Positions 8,270-18,222 are shown, counted from the stretch's first letter. The stretch: 64,000 nt of DNA from Candidatus Nanopelagicales bacterium (GCA_041393775.1 JAWKJM010000005.1:2529-66528); one strand, 5' to 3'. Notes: a model not told the origin generated them from the sequence alone. Made by a program: numbers and translations.

Positions 8270-9091
8270 ATGAAGGTGTCCGGCAAGGTCTGGGTGATCA
8301 CCGGCGGTGGCAACGGCATGGGACGCGAGTTGGTGCTGAGTGTCTTGCGAGACGGTGGCCGGTTTGCTGCCGTCGATGTCCGCGCCGAGTCGCTGCAGGA
8401 GACCGCCGCGATGGCGTCCGCGGGCGATCGGTTGTCCACGCATGTCGTCGATATCACCGATCGCGTGGCGGTGGAAGCGCTCGTCGAGCCGGTCGTCGAT
8501 GCACACGGCGCGGTGGATGGGGTGATCAACAACGCAGGCGTCATCCAGCCGTTCATCCCGGTCAAGGATCTGGACTATGGAGCAATCCAGCGGGTACTGG
8601 ACGTGAACCTGATGGGCACCTTGTACATGGTGAAGGCTTTCCTGCCCGCCTTGCTCGAACGACCCGAGGCGCACATCGCGAACGTGTCCAGCATGGGCGG
8701 GTTCTTCCCGTTCCCCGGCCAGAGCATTTACGGCGCGAGCAAGGCCGCCGTCAAGTTGCTGACCGAAGGTCTCTACGCAGAACTGCTGGACACTACGGTC
8801 AACGTGTCGGTCATCATGCCTGGTGCCGTGAACACTGGCATCACGGAGAACTCGGGGGTGTCCACGCCCGCCGCGGATGATGCGGCCGGCATGCCCATGA
8901 CCTCGGCGCAGGATGCCGCCCGGATCATGATCGACGGCATCGAGAAGAACCGGCTGTACATCTTTGTCGGCAAGGACGCCCGGCTGATGAACCTCGCGAT
9001 CCGGATAGCCCCGCGGCAGGCGATCGGCTTCATACAGAAGAAGATGAAGGGCCTGCTGCAGAGCGGTTCCGATGTGAACCAGCGAAACTGA
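8270..9091 (+). CDS. SDR family oxidoreductase
   Basis: Internal ATG at 8270, preceded by SD AGGAGG. The N-terminus MKVSGKVWVITGGGNGMGRE carries the TGxxxGxG motif. YGASKAA is the catalytic YxxxK. The ORF-track extension back to 8003 runs through repeat R2. Confidence 0.9.
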   Translation: MKVSGKVWVITGGGNGMGRELVLSVLRDGGRFAAVDVRAESLQETAAMASAGDRLSTHVVDITDRVAVEALVEPVVDAHGAVDGVINNAGVIQPFIPVKDLDYGAIQRVLDVNLMGTLYMVKAFLPALLERPEAHIANVSSMGGFFPFPGQSIYGASKAAVKLLTEGLYAELLDTTVNVSVIMPGAVNTGITENSGVSTPAADDAAGMPMTSAQDAARIMIDGIEKNRLYIFVGKDARLMNLAIRIAPRQAIGFIQKKMKGLLQSGSDVNQRN

Positions 9092-9133
9092 CGATGGGGT
9101 GCGGGGTGGGAGACGGCCCCGCGAGCCGGTCGA

Positions 9134-11419
9134 TCAGGCGACCGTCTCAACCCTCGCCGGTACGTGCTTGTGCCAGGGGGTCCCCACCCACTCGTCTCGA
9201 TCCCCGGTACTCGTGAGGTCGTTGGGCGCCGTACCTGTCCGGAGCGGATCCCCGCTGGCAGCGGTCACGGCGAGCCCGAAGCCGTTTGGCAACGACACAT
9301 GGCCCCCGCGCATGGTGTCGGTGACGTCGACGGGCACCGTCACACTGCCGCGACGAGTCGTCAGTCGCACTTGGTCCCCAGTAGTAACGCCCAATCGCTC
9401 GGCGTCGGTCTCACTGATCCGAAGCCTCCCCTCCGGATCCCGCCGCCTCCACTGCGGATCACGGATGATCGTGTTCGCCGTGAAGGCCCGGCGCTCGCCG
9501 GCGGACAACACGAAGGGGTATTCCGGGTCTGGAGTTTCGATCCGCCGGTCCGCGAGGGTCGCCACCTCGGCGAGCAGTTCTGGCACTTCCAGTTGAATGC
9601 GCTCCTTGGGCAATCGTGCCCACGAGGCACCGTATTCGTCGTCGGTGATAACCACTGCGTGCCTGCTGCTCAGAATCGAGTCGAACAACCGCTCCCCGGC
9701 GCCCGGTCCGGACCCGAAACCTGCGCGTTCGACCCCGTTCGGATTCGCGGCCGCACATTGGTGTGCCGCCGCCCACAGGATCGAGGCGGCGGCTGCATCG
9801 CCAGGGAGGGTCGGCCCGAGTGTCCGGTAGAGCAGAACGGGTGCCAACTTGCGCAGGCCCGGATCAGCGACTGCGCGGAGGAAGGCCCCGGCGAACGCCT
9901 CGCGGCCCTGTGCGGCGGCTTCCCGCAGCGGGGCGTAGTCGGCGTCGGACAACGCCCCTGCTGCTTCGACGAGGCGCGCATGGATCTCGGGTTCCGGCAA
10001 CAACCCGGGTGGCGCCGGCAGCACAGGATGCCGCAGATGGAAGATGTTGCGGGGGAAGTCGAAGTTGAAGAACGTCGCCTCGTACTTCTCGTACTGTGTC
10101 GGCGCCGGCAGTACGTAGTCCGCCAGTCGGGCAGTCTCAGTCATGGACACGTCGATCACGACCAGCATGTCCAGCGTTTGCAGTGCCTCCCGCATGCGTG
10201 CCGAGTCCGCCAACGAGTGGGCGGGGTTGGAGCTCTCCACCAGCATGGCCCGGTAGCGGGCAGGGTGGTCTGCGAGGATCTCGTCGGCGATGACATTGCA
10301 GGGCACCAGCCCGCTGACGATCGGCGCGCCCACGACGGGACTGCGGGGCCCCTCTCCTGCTGGATAGCCACGATCGCGTCCGATCCCCACCATCGCGGAG
10401 GGGACGTACTGGGTCCCCCGCTTCCCGAAGTTCCCGGTGAGCAGCCACACCAGCTTCTCCACATAACTGACCAAGGTCGAATTGTGGTTCATCTGGACGC
10501 CGAGGTCCTCCAAAACCGCGACCGAGTCCGCCGCGGCTATCAGGGATGCGACCTCCCGCACGTCCGTTTCCGGAATATCGGCGGCTCGGCAGTACTGGTC
10601 GACCGGCACAGCGCGCAGGACATCAGCCACCGCCTCGAAGCCGTCGGCGTGCTCGGCGATCCAGTCACTGGCCACCAGGTCCTCCTGAACCAGCACCGCG
10701 GCTATGGCAGTCATCAACCACAGGTCGGCGCCGGGTCGTACCTGCAGGTGGTGGTCGGCGAGTTCAGCGGTTTGGGTCCGGACCGGGTCGATGACCACCA
10801 TGGACCGTTCCGGGTCCTTGGCGATCTCTTTGAGGACAGCACGCGCCCGTGGGAACCCATGCGACTGGTAGGGGTTCTTCCCGATGAACAGCGCTACCTC
10901 GCAGTGCTCGAAATCGGCCCTGGTGACGTGTCCGAGCATGCGGGCGCTGACCCAGAATTCGCCGGTCTTCTCCTGGGCCAGGGCGCTGGAACGAAACCGG
11001 GCGCCGTATGCATGCATGGTGGCTGGGGAGTACGCGCCGCCGAGATGGTTCCCCTGTCCGCCGCCGCCGTAGTAGAAGATGGTTTCGCCGCCGTGAGTGT
11101 CGCGGATCGAACTGAGCCGTCCGGCGATCTCGGTGATCGCTGTGTCCCAGTCGATCTCCTCGAAGGTGCCGTCGTCCATGCGGCGCAGCGGCGCGGTCAG
11201 GCGATCCGCCCGGCCGTTCTGATAGAGGTCCAGGCGCAATGCTTTGTTGCAGGTGTACCCGTGCGAGGCCGGGTGCTGCTTGTCGCCGCGGATCTTCGCG
11301 AAGTTCTCACCGTCGAGCAGGACCTCCAGACCGCAGTTGCACTCGCACAGGATGCAGGCGGTGGGGTACCAGGGGCCGCTTTCGTTCATGGGGGTCTCCG
11401 ATCCAGCAACATGTTTCAT
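9134..11419 (-). CDS. Molybdopterin-dependent oxidoreductase (MopB superfamily, formate dehydrogenase-like catalytic subunit)
   Basis: 761-aa ORF. The N-terminal Fe-S cysteine cluster is ACILCECNCG...YTCNKA. The size and overall sequence are typical of molybdopterin oxidoreductases. Confidence 0.85.
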   Translation of the reverse strand: MKHVAGSETPMNESGPWYPTACILCECNCGLEVLLDGENFAKIRGDKQHPASHGYTCNKALRLDLYQNGRADRLTAPLRRMDDGTFEEIDWDTAITEIAGRLSSIRDTHGGETIFYYGGGGQGNHLGGAYSPATMHAYGARFRSSALAQEKTGEFWVSARMLGHVTRADFEHCEVALFIGKNPYQSHGFPRARAVLKEIAKDPERSMVVIDPVRTQTAELADHHLQVRPGADLWLMTAIAAVLVQEDLVASDWIAEHADGFEAVADVLRAVPVDQYCRAADIPETDVREVASLIAAADSVAVLEDLGVQMNHNSTLVSYVEKLVWLLTGNFGKRGTQYVPSAMVGIGRDRGYPAGEGPRSPVVGAPIVSGLVPCNVIADEILADHPARYRAMLVESSNPAHSLADSARMREALQTLDMLVVIDVSMTETARLADYVLPAPTQYEKYEATFFNFDFPRNIFHLRHPVLPAPPGLLPEPEIHARLVEAAGALSDADYAPLREAAAQGREAFAGAFLRAVADPGLRKLAPVLLYRTLGPTLPGDAAAASILWAAAHQCAAANPNGVERAGFGSGPGAGERLFDSILSSRHAVVITDDEYGASWARLPKERIQLEVPELLAEVATLADRRIETPDPEYPFVLSAGERRAFTANTIIRDPQWRRRDPEGRLRISETDAERLGVTTGDQVRLTTRRGSVTVPVDVTDTMRGGHVSLPNGFGLAVTAASGDPLRTGTAPNDLTSTGDRDEWVGTPWHKHVPARVETVA

Positions 11420-11988
11420 CGTCGTTCCAGAAGCAGGTTGATCTCAGCAGCGACATCGTCGAGAGCCTCGACGTCGCCTCGCACACGGCACAGGATGATG
11501 GCTCCTTCGACGGCTGCGACGATCACCGTGGCAAGCCGCTCAACTCTCTGTGTCGGATACCCCTCGGCCACGAGCAGGTTGGACAAGTCGGCGTGCCACC
11601 GGTCGAGGATCGCTCGCACGGTCTGCGCAACCTCCGGCAGGTCCCGGCGGTCGTCGACAGCGACCGCGACCACCGGACAACCGGAGTGGAAGTCGGACTC
11701 CGTCATCATGCGCTTCCAGAAGCGGATGAACCTGTCGATCGCCTGTCGGCTGTCACCCTCGGAGACAGCGCGCTGCAGCATTGCTGAGATGAAGTCACCG
11801 GACTGACGCAGTGCGCTCAGCACGATCTCGTCGCGACCACCGGGAAAGTGGTGGTACACCGATCCACGGGGAGCGCCACTGCGTGCCAGCACCGCATCCA
11901 CGGTCACTGCGTTCGCGCCGCGTTCACGGAGCAACTCCGACGCGCTGTCCAACATTCTTGCTTTGGTGGATCCTCGCGTTCTTGGCAT
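11416..11988 (-). CDS. TetR family transcriptional regulator
   Basis: 190 aa. N-terminal HTH reads RMLDSASELLRERGANAVTVDAVLARSGAPRGSVYHHFPGG. The stop overlaps the oxidoreductase start by 4 nt. Confidence 0.9.
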   Translation of the reverse strand: MPRTRGSTKARMLDSASELLRERGANAVTVDAVLARSGAPRGSVYHHFPGGRDEIVLSALRQSGDFISAMLQRAVSEGDSRQAIDRFIRFWKRMMTESDFHSGCPVVAVAVDDRRDLPEVAQTVRAILDRWHADLSNLLVAEGYPTQRVERLATVIVAAVEGAIILCRVRGDVEALDDVAAEINLLLERR

Positions 11989-12006
11989 GTCAAGAGACTA
12001 TGACAT
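11987..12006. promoter_or_regulatory. Palindrome ATGTCA-N8-TGACAT overlapping the TetR start codon (candidate operator; possible leaderless promoter)
   Basis: Read directly as atgtcaagagactatgacat. On the minus strand, a -10-like TAGTCT lies 6 nt upstream of the ATG. Confidence 0.4.
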
Positions 12007-12206
12007 AGAGCATAATTGTGGAAGGGGGCCCGGGGATCGAGTCCCAACGCACACAGTGTGCTCCGGCCCACACGGCGCTGTTCGGCATCTGCAGGTGAAC
12101 CGCGTGCGACGAACGGCAAGCGGCGCTCTGGTGCGGGCCCTCTCAGGACATCAGAGGCGGTGGCGCGCCAGCCCGGACCCGCGGGCCGGACGCACGCAGG
12201 TGGCCG

Positions 12207-12737
12207 TCACCCGGATTTGCGGGCGCGGTAGGCAGCTTGAGCTTCACGGTTCCCGCACGTCGTACTGCAGAAGCGCCGTGAGCGGTTGCGGGAAAGGTCC
12301 AAGACAATGCCATTGCAGTCCTGGGCGCCACACACCTGCAGCCGGCCCATCTCGTCGGCGCGCACCACGTCGACCATTGCCATCGCGGTCTCCACGAGGA
12401 CGCGTTCGTGCATGGGTCGGTCGTCCGAAATGGCGTGGATGTGCCAGTCCAGGTGGTCGTGGCGCACCAGTTGCGGGACTGCTTTCTGCTGGGTAAGGAT
12501 CGCGTTGATCAGCGTGACTGCGGTATCCCGATCCGCTGTCAGCAACTCCCGCACACGGGGCCGGATGGCTTTCACGGCCCCGAACTCCTCGATGTCCGGC
12601 CGTGAGCCGGTGTATCCCCACTTGTCGTAGAAGTCGAGCAGGGCGTCCAGCGACGTGAGCGTGTCCGGAGGCTCCGCGGAGTTCGCCAGATCCACGGCAG
12701 CCCCGAGGGCTTCTCGAGTGTCAGGGGCGAAAACCAC
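12207..12737 (-). CDS. CGNR zinc-finger (ABATE-domain) putative regulator
   Basis: C-terminal motif CGAQDCNGIVLDLSRNRSRRFCSTTCGNREAQAAYRARK. Confidence 0.85.
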   Translation of the reverse strand: MVFAPDTREALGAAVDLANSAEPPDTLTSLDALLDFYDKWGYTGSRPDIEEFGAVKAIRPRVRELLTADRDTAVTLINAILTQQKAVPQLVRHDHLDWHIHAISDDRPMHERVLVETAMAMVDVVRADEMGRLQVCGAQDCNGIVLDLSRNRSRRFCSTTCGNREAQAAYRARKSG

Positions 12738-12764
12738 ATTGACACCTTATCCTAACGAGGCGTA

Positions 12765-13802
12765 GTGTCAGGGGCTATGAGCGCAAACGCCCCTTACGGA
12801 CGGGAGTTGCCGGTGTCCCCGAAGAACCCGGGCGTGGGACTCATGCTCGCGATCACGTCGGCTGTGTCCTTCGGGCTGTCCGGCTCACTGGCGCGTGCCC
12901 TGATGGACGCCGGGTGGTCACCGACGGCGGCCGTGGCCGTGAGGGTGACGATCGCCGCGGTGGTCTTGGCGGTGCCCGGCCTCTTGGCCGTGCGCGGCCG
13001 AACCGGCTTGCTTCGGGCCAACCTGGGGACGATCGCCATATATGGTCTGCTGGCCGTGGCCGGCGCACAGATGCTCTATTTCCTGGCGGTCTCACGCCTC
13101 GATGTCGGTGTTGCCCTGCTGATCGAGTACACCGCACCGCTGGCGGTGGTGCTCTGGATGTGGCTGGCTCGCAGCCAACGTCCCGGCCCGCTGACCTTCC
13201 TTGGGGCGGCGATCGCCGCAGTCGGACTGGTTCTGCTGCTCGACGTGCTGGGCGGCGCATCTGTGGATCTGCTGGGGGTGCTTTTCGCGCTCGGAGCGAT
13301 GATCGGAGCGGCGACGTACTTCGTGATCTCCGCCGACGACAGCAGCGGTCTGCCGCCCATCACGCTTGCGGCCGGCGGTCTGGTGTTCGCATCGGTGCTG
13401 TTCTGGGTAGCGGCGGCGGTCGGCGTCCTCCCGATCAGCACGTCGACGGCGCCGGTCGTGTTTACCACCGGCACCGTGCCGTGGTGGGTTCCGGTTCTGG
13501 CGCTCGGCCTGGTGACGGCTGCACTTGCGTACGTCACCGGGATCGGCGCGGCGCGGCACTTGGGCTCGCGGCTGGCTTCGTTCGTCGCGCTGTCCGAAGT
13601 CGCTGCCGGGCTCGGATTCGCCTGGGTGCTGCTCGCCCAGCAGCCGCGGCCGGTGCAGTTGCTCGGTGCGCTGCTGGTACTCGGCGGTGTCGTGGTCGTC
13701 AAACTGGGTGAGCGGGAGGTGCTGTCGGCTGCCACCGCAACCGGCGAGATGGACGACCTGCTGGTCGACGTGGTCCCTCGCGATCACCGGTCAATGGATT
13801 GA
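12765..13802 (+). CDS. EamA/DMT family transporter
   Basis: 345-aa polytopic membrane protein with a two-fold EamA-like organisation. It is divergent from the CGNR gene. The start could instead be the ATG at 12777. Confidence 0.8.
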   Translation: MSGAMSANAPYGRELPVSPKNPGVGLMLAITSAVSFGLSGSLARALMDAGWSPTAAVAVRVTIAAVVLAVPGLLAVRGRTGLLRANLGTIAIYGLLAVAGAQMLYFLAVSRLDVGVALLIEYTAPLAVVLWMWLARSQRPGPLTFLGAAIAAVGLVLLLDVLGGASVDLLGVLFALGAMIGAATYFVISADDSSGLPPITLAAGGLVFASVLFWVAAAVGVLPISTSTAPVVFTTGTVPWWVPVLALGLVTAALAYVTGIGAARHLGSRLASFVALSEVAAGLGFAWVLLAQQPRPVQLLGALLVLGGVVVVKLGEREVLSAATATGEMDDLLVDVVPRDHRSMD

Positions 13803-13888
13803 GGTGTTCGTCCGGCGCGCCCATGTCGGTGCCGGACCCGCTGGAGCGTCGTTTGTACACCAGGGCCTGGACCCCAACGCAGCGCACC

Positions 13889-14350
13889 CTAGGCAGCAGC
13901 CCCCGTGGTGTGAACGATTCGGGAACCGCCGGGCGTCACCAGATGAAAGCCGATCACGGGCAACTTCTCGCTGAATGACGCTTCGACGCACCGCCGCCAC
14001 GCCTGGTCACCGGCGGTCACGCTCAGCCCACCTCTGCGGGCCAGCGCGAACAGCGCGGTTGCCCCGGGAAAGGCGTCTGCGAGCGAGGCGGCCATCCGTG
14101 CCAGATGGTCAGCGGCATATGGCGGCGGCAAGCGTCCCACCCCGTCGATCTGCATGGGCTGGACGGGACGACGCTGATCGTCGCAGACGACGACTACCAG
14201 CGCGCCCTCATGGCGGGCCCGCATGCTGACGTACAGATCCAGGACGTCTGCGATGTGCGTGGGATCTTGCAGGGGTATCGCGGGCCATTCGTCAGGCAGA
14301 TCTTCGAAACTCATGTGAACAGCCTGGGCAAGTGACCCGGGGGTCGACAA
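13889..14350 (-). CDS. Hypothetical protein
   Basis: 153-aa ORF with normal amino-acid composition. The start is uncertain: an alternative codon at 14350, or ATG at 14314 (MSFEDLPDEW). No family recognised. Confidence 0.5.
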   Translation of the reverse strand: MSTPGSLAQAVHMSFEDLPDEWPAIPLQDPTHIADVLDLYVSMRARHEGALVVVVCDDQRRPVQPMQIDGVGRLPPPYAADHLARMAASLADAFPGATALFALARRGGLSVTAGDQAWRRCVEASFSEKLPVIGFHLVTPGGSRIVHTTGAAA

Positions 14351-14567
14351 CCCCCAGATGAATTCTGTGGACGACTGCGATCCTCACCTCGGCGTCTTGC
14401 GTCCCGGGCCTCAGCCAGGCGCGCATGCTCTCCAGCGACCTGAAGTCCAAGGCTGATCCCTGGCCGACGGTCGCGATCAGGTCCCGGTCCCACGCGTAGT
14501 AGTTTGCTAGATGTCGGGGGCGGTACTCAGACGTCAGGAGAGCAGTATGGACAAGCCCAGTCGCCAA
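14292..14567 (-). CDS. Hypothetical small protein (weak call)
   Basis: 91-aa ORF with a non-ATG start. It overlaps both neighbours. Only its composition supports it. Confidence 0.3.
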   Translation of the reverse strand: MATGLVHTALLTSEYRPRHLANYYAWDRDLIATVGQGSALDFRSLESMRAWLRPGTQDAEVRIAVVHRIHLGVVDPRVTCPGCSHEFRRSA

Positions 14568-14906
14568 GAGCCGGACCAGGAATTGATCACCAAGATAACG
14601 GCCGGCATTCAGGAATCAGGTGGTGACGCGGCAGTGGTGAAAGCCGCTGCAACGGCCGTCGCCCAAGCGGTTGCTGACATCGACCCGGTGTTCGTGGCAG
14701 AAGCCTCCGAGAGGGGCGACGGTTCGCTGCGTGTGGATATCTGGGAGACGGCCTCCGTCGCGTACGGGGATCTGCTGCCTGATGACTACCAGGAGAGCTG
14801 GGAGCAGGAGAGCGGGTCGTCCTGGCAGGGCGGAGCGAGCAGCGACGGCGAATTGCAGGATCTCTTGGCTGCCGCGGTCGACATCGCTGTGAAGCACTTG
14901 GGATAG
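14547..14906 (+). CDS. Acidic hypothetical protein
   Basis: ATG at 14547 follows SD CAGGAGAGCAGT (MDKPSRQEPDQE...). The protein is D/E-rich and no family is recognised. Confidence 0.5.
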   Translation: MDKPSRQEPDQELITKITAGIQESGGDAAVVKAAATAVAQAVADIDPVFVAEASERGDGSLRVDIWETASVAYGDLLPDDYQESWEQESGSSWQGGASSDGELQDLLAAAVDIAVKHLG

Positions 14907-15026
14907 CGCTTCAGCCTGATCGCGGCCACTACAGGTGCTGATTGCCTGCGATTGAGCGGAGCGGCGGGTTGGACCCAAGGGTTCGCGGTCTGCAGAAGGT
15001 AACCTCTGGTCGAACGGAGCCCAAGG

Positions 15027-15318
15027 TCTGGTCTGAGAACGGCTTGCGTACTCGGTAGCCGCGGGAGTCGGCCGCGAGGTTAGAGATCGTGCACGAGGTT
15101 AGTGAACGCACGTGTGGCTTCTCCAACGCCGTGCACGTTCTGTAGTCCGAAAATGACTGGTGTACTCGGTCGCCGCAGAAGTTGGCCGCGAGGTTAGAGG
15201 TCGTGCACGAGGTTAGTGAATGCACGTGTGGCTTCTCTAACCTCGTGCACGTTCTCTAACCCGAGCGGTTTCCGCCCGGCATTTCCCCGCCTCAACGCCA
15301 CGGCCGCGGATGACCAAC
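15027..15318 (+). repeat. Family-1 repeat, locus R3 (two tandem A-B units and one C module)
   Basis: There are two copies of ..GTACTCGGT..GGCCGCGAGGTTAGAG..GTGCACGAGGTTAGTGAA.GCACGTGTGGCTTCTC... The first right arm is mutated (CTCCAACGCCGTGCAC). The locus ends GATGACCAAC. Confidence 0.9.
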
Positions 15319-15402
15319 CGAAACGCGGGTGCCGAGCCGAAACCCGGGGGAACGGCCAACGGCGCCTGTTCGGCGGCCCGCCGTAGGGCTGTACCCAGCG
15401 AA

Positions 15403-16362
15403 TCAAGTATCCGAGTCAGGCGTTGCGGGTGCCATCAACGGCGCTACGGTCGGCGCGATCAGTCCACTGCTGCGGAGGAAGTGGATCAGATCCGTGCGGG
15501 TCGTTTCCAGGGAGTCGATGCTGAAGTGGTCGCCATCGGGAACGACCACCAAGGTGGCCCCCGACGAGTCGCGTTCGCGCAGCAGGTAGGCGTCGCTCAC
15601 CGGCACGGTGCTATCCCTACGACCGTGCAGGAGCAGCACCGGAGTCTTGATCCGTGCGATGGTGGAGACGGGGGCGAACTCGGTGAATCGATGCCTGATC
15701 GTGTGTTCCACGTACCGTAGGACGAGCTTCGTCATCGCGCGGGGCATGTAGCGGTCCAGGCGCTGCGCCATGAACGCGCTCGGGTCAGCCATGGAGGCGA
15801 GCGATATGACAGCGGCAATCTCAGTGTCCTCGGAGGCTACGAACAGGCAGGCGCCGGCACCGACCGAGTGGCCGACTAGCAGGATTCTCGACGAGTCCAC
15901 CTGTGGCGCCGAACGCATCCAGGCGAGCCCAGCTCGGACATCGTCGGCGAACGAGGGCATCGAGCAGACGGCACAATCATCGCTTCGGCCGTGTCCCCGG
16001 GCATCCAGGAGCAGCACGTGCATTCCAAGGCCGAGGAGCACCTCGGAGACCGGCAGCATGTCGTTGGCCGTGCCGCCCCAACCATGTATCACCAACGCCG
16101 CAGGGCCGGTTCGACCAGACTGTGCCTCGCGCAGCCAACCGCGCAACGCTGTGCCGTCGACCGCAGGGATCTCCGCGTCTGTGGCGTCGTCTGGGATGGC
16201 GTTGGGCCTCAATGCGGGGTCACGTCGCTGTGGTCGACCGTACTCCCGCTTCGCCGCAAGGTCGGCTACGACCAGCGCTGCGCACGACGCGACGACGGCC
16301 CCTATCGCCGTGACCCATCGCCGAGGCATCATCAGTCTTCCGATCGTCGTCTTCGCAAGCAT
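15403..16362 (-). CDS. Alpha/beta hydrolase
   Basis: Contains HGWGG and the nucleophile elbow GHSVG (LLVGHSVGAGA). The N-terminus has a TM or signal-like segment. Confidence 0.8.
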   Translation of the reverse strand: MLAKTTIGRLMMPRRWVTAIGAVVASCAALVVADLAAKREYGRPQRRDPALRPNAIPDDATDAEIPAVDGTALRGWLREAQSGRTGPAALVIHGWGGTANDMLPVSEVLLGLGMHVLLLDARGHGRSDDCAVCSMPSFADDVRAGLAWMRSAPQVDSSRILLVGHSVGAGACLFVASEDTEIAAVISLASMADPSAFMAQRLDRYMPRAMTKLVLRYVEHTIRHRFTEFAPVSTIARIKTPVLLLHGRRDSTVPVSDAYLLRERDSSGATLVVVPDGDHFSIDSLETTRTDLIHFLRSSGLIAPTVAPLMAPATPDSDT

Positions 16363-16548
16363 GTCACCGCCCCGCCCCTGTGACTTGAGCCGCCCGGCCC
16401 AACGATCTCATCGTGTGGCGGCCAGTCAGCCACCTCGAGCTGAGCACCCGTGTGCCGAGACCTTGCAGTTGCCGATCACCCGATCCGTCGGAAGCCTACC
16501 CGCCCCCTAGCCACGCCGCTCAAGAAGTCCGAGGGGGTGCCACCGAGC

Positions 16549-17640
16549 TCAGCGGGATCCGGAACCCAAAGCCACAACGAGCTTGAGCACTTCGGCCGGA
16601 TCGTTCAGCAACTCTCCGTAGGCCTCGCGCACCTGGCCCATGCGGTATCGCACGGTCTGAGGGTGGATGAACAACTGGGCCGCGACGGCATCGCGGCGAC
16701 CCACATTGAGCAGCCAGGCCCGCAGCGTCTCGATCAAGGTCGGGTGGCCGGCCAGGGGTTTCAAGACCTGTTCGCGGAGGTCTGCCAGCGCGTCGCCGGT
16801 CAGTACGAGGTCGACCAAGTGCGCCTCGGTGTCCAGGGGCCGCTCCGGGACCAGGTCGGCCAGGGCGCGTGCGCGCTGGAACGAGGCGTGCGCGCGGCTC
16901 CACTCCACGGTGGGGCCGACCACCACGTCGATGCCGGCCGTTGTGTTCAGCGCCGCGCTGCGAACGGCGTCGGGCACGAGGACTGCGACGACGTCCTCCA
17001 CGGGCGTCTGCAGACAATCCGGGTATGCACTGAGCAGGGTCGTGACCTGCCCGGGGTCGACCAGGACGCAGGTCAGGGTCGCCGGCGGGCTCCAGTTCGC
17101 GCGCGTCATCATCCCCTCGGTCGGGATGCCGACCAACAACTCCTGCGCCAAGTGCTCCCGGTAGCGTTCGCGGGTACGGGACTCGTTGGTGTAGCCCTCC
17201 ACGCTGGCAGCCGACAACTGTTGGTTGAACGCGAAGATCAGCCCGGCCAGTTCCGACATGGTTTCGGCATCCAGGTCGTGCTCCAATGCCAGTTCCGAAA
17301 CCTCCAGCCAATGGACTCCGGTGCCGATCTGGTAGGCGGTGAGCAACGCACCGATCCCGCGTCGCCTCCGCGACTCGGTGCGTCCCAGCGCCGCGGCACC
17401 GAGCCGGATGCGGTCCAATGCCCGGTCGTCACGGTCGACGAGCAGACCGGCGAACCCTTCGAATGCCATTCGCACCCCCTGCTCGAGTTCGGCGCGGAAC
17501 GGGTCCCGGGCGGCCGGGGCATAGGCGGGGACCTGGGCCGCGACCGTCGCGACTGTCTCCTCGGCTACGCGCGGGATGCGGGAGCGCACTTCTGTCACGA
17601 AATCGGCTGGCAGGTCCGGCACCTCGAGATTTGTTCTCAT
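16549..17640 (-). CDS. PucR family transcriptional regulator
   Basis: C-terminal PucR-type HTH reads LIETLRAWLLNVGRRDAVAAQLFIHPQTVRYRMGQVRE. Confidence 0.8.
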   Translation of the reverse strand: MRTNLEVPDLPADFVTEVRSRIPRVAEETVATVAAQVPAYAPAARDPFRAELEQGVRMAFEGFAGLLVDRDDRALDRIRLGAAALGRTESRRRRGIGALLTAYQIGTGVHWLEVSELALEHDLDAETMSELAGLIFAFNQQLSAASVEGYTNESRTRERYREHLAQELLVGIPTEGMMTRANWSPPATLTCVLVDPGQVTTLLSAYPDCLQTPVEDVVAVLVPDAVRSAALNTTAGIDVVVGPTVEWSRAHASFQRARALADLVPERPLDTEAHLVDLVLTGDALADLREQVLKPLAGHPTLIETLRAWLLNVGRRDAVAAQLFIHPQTVRYRMGQVREAYGELLNDPAEVLKLVVALGSGSR

Positions 17641-17712
17641 CGCACTATTCTGGCCCTCAGATCTGTGCCTGCGCCACTATTGCCTGTGCGGAAGTGAGTA
17701 CATCATGGACAT

Positions 17713-18222
17713 ATGAAGACAGCAGAGACAGAAGGGGTCCTGAGCCACGGCCTGCGGGTGGCCGTGCGGCCGATGCGCGCCGGTGACCGCGCCGACCTCG
17801 TCGCCGGGTTCCAGCGATTGTCCGAGGAGACGAGGTATCGCCGCTTCATGCGCAGCAAGCCACGCCTGACGTCGGCGGAGGTGCAGCACCTGTTCGAGAC
17901 CGACGAGCTCGCGATGGTGCTGGTGTGGCCACGGACCACGTCGGAGGACGTCGTGCTGGGCATCGCACATGCGCTCCGGCTACACGACCAATCGGACACA
18001 GCGGAGTTCTCCATCACGGTTGCCGATGAGATCCAGGGCTGCGGCGGGGGCCGTCTGCTCACTGAGGCACTCGGGCGTGAGGCGCGCCACGAGGGGATCG
18101 AGTACCTGACCGGGTACATGCTGGCATCGAACGAGGCTCCGGCCAGGTTGCTGGCCGGCGTGGGCGAGGTGGTCGAGGACCGCTGCGCATCCGGCGCGCG
18201 GGAGATGAAGGTGAGGCTGTGA
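17713..18222 (+). CDS. GNAT family N-acetyltransferase
   Basis: 169 aa. Contains RYRRF and an acetyl-CoA-binding-like segment VADEIQGCGGGRLL. Confidence 0.75.
   Translation: MKTAETEGVLSHGLRVAVRPMRAGDRADLVAGFQRLSEETRYRRFMRSKPRLTSAEVQHLFETDELAMVLVWPRTTSEDVVLGIAHALRLHDQSDTAEFSITVADEIQGCGGGRLLTEALGREARHEGIEYLTGYMLASNEAPARLLAGVGEVVEDRCASGAREMKVRL

Noticed and set aside
9164-11806. Very long ORFs antisense to real genes (880 aa at 9164..11806; also 58927..61518, 17703..19364, 41561..43090, 61470..62891, 30799..32196, 44863..46143, 50367..51578, 16450..17697 and 5355..6602)
   Set aside because: These are typical high-GC shadow ORFs. Their translations are Arg/Gly/Pro/His-rich with no motifs. The opposite strand in each case encodes a protein with clear family signatures and native composition.
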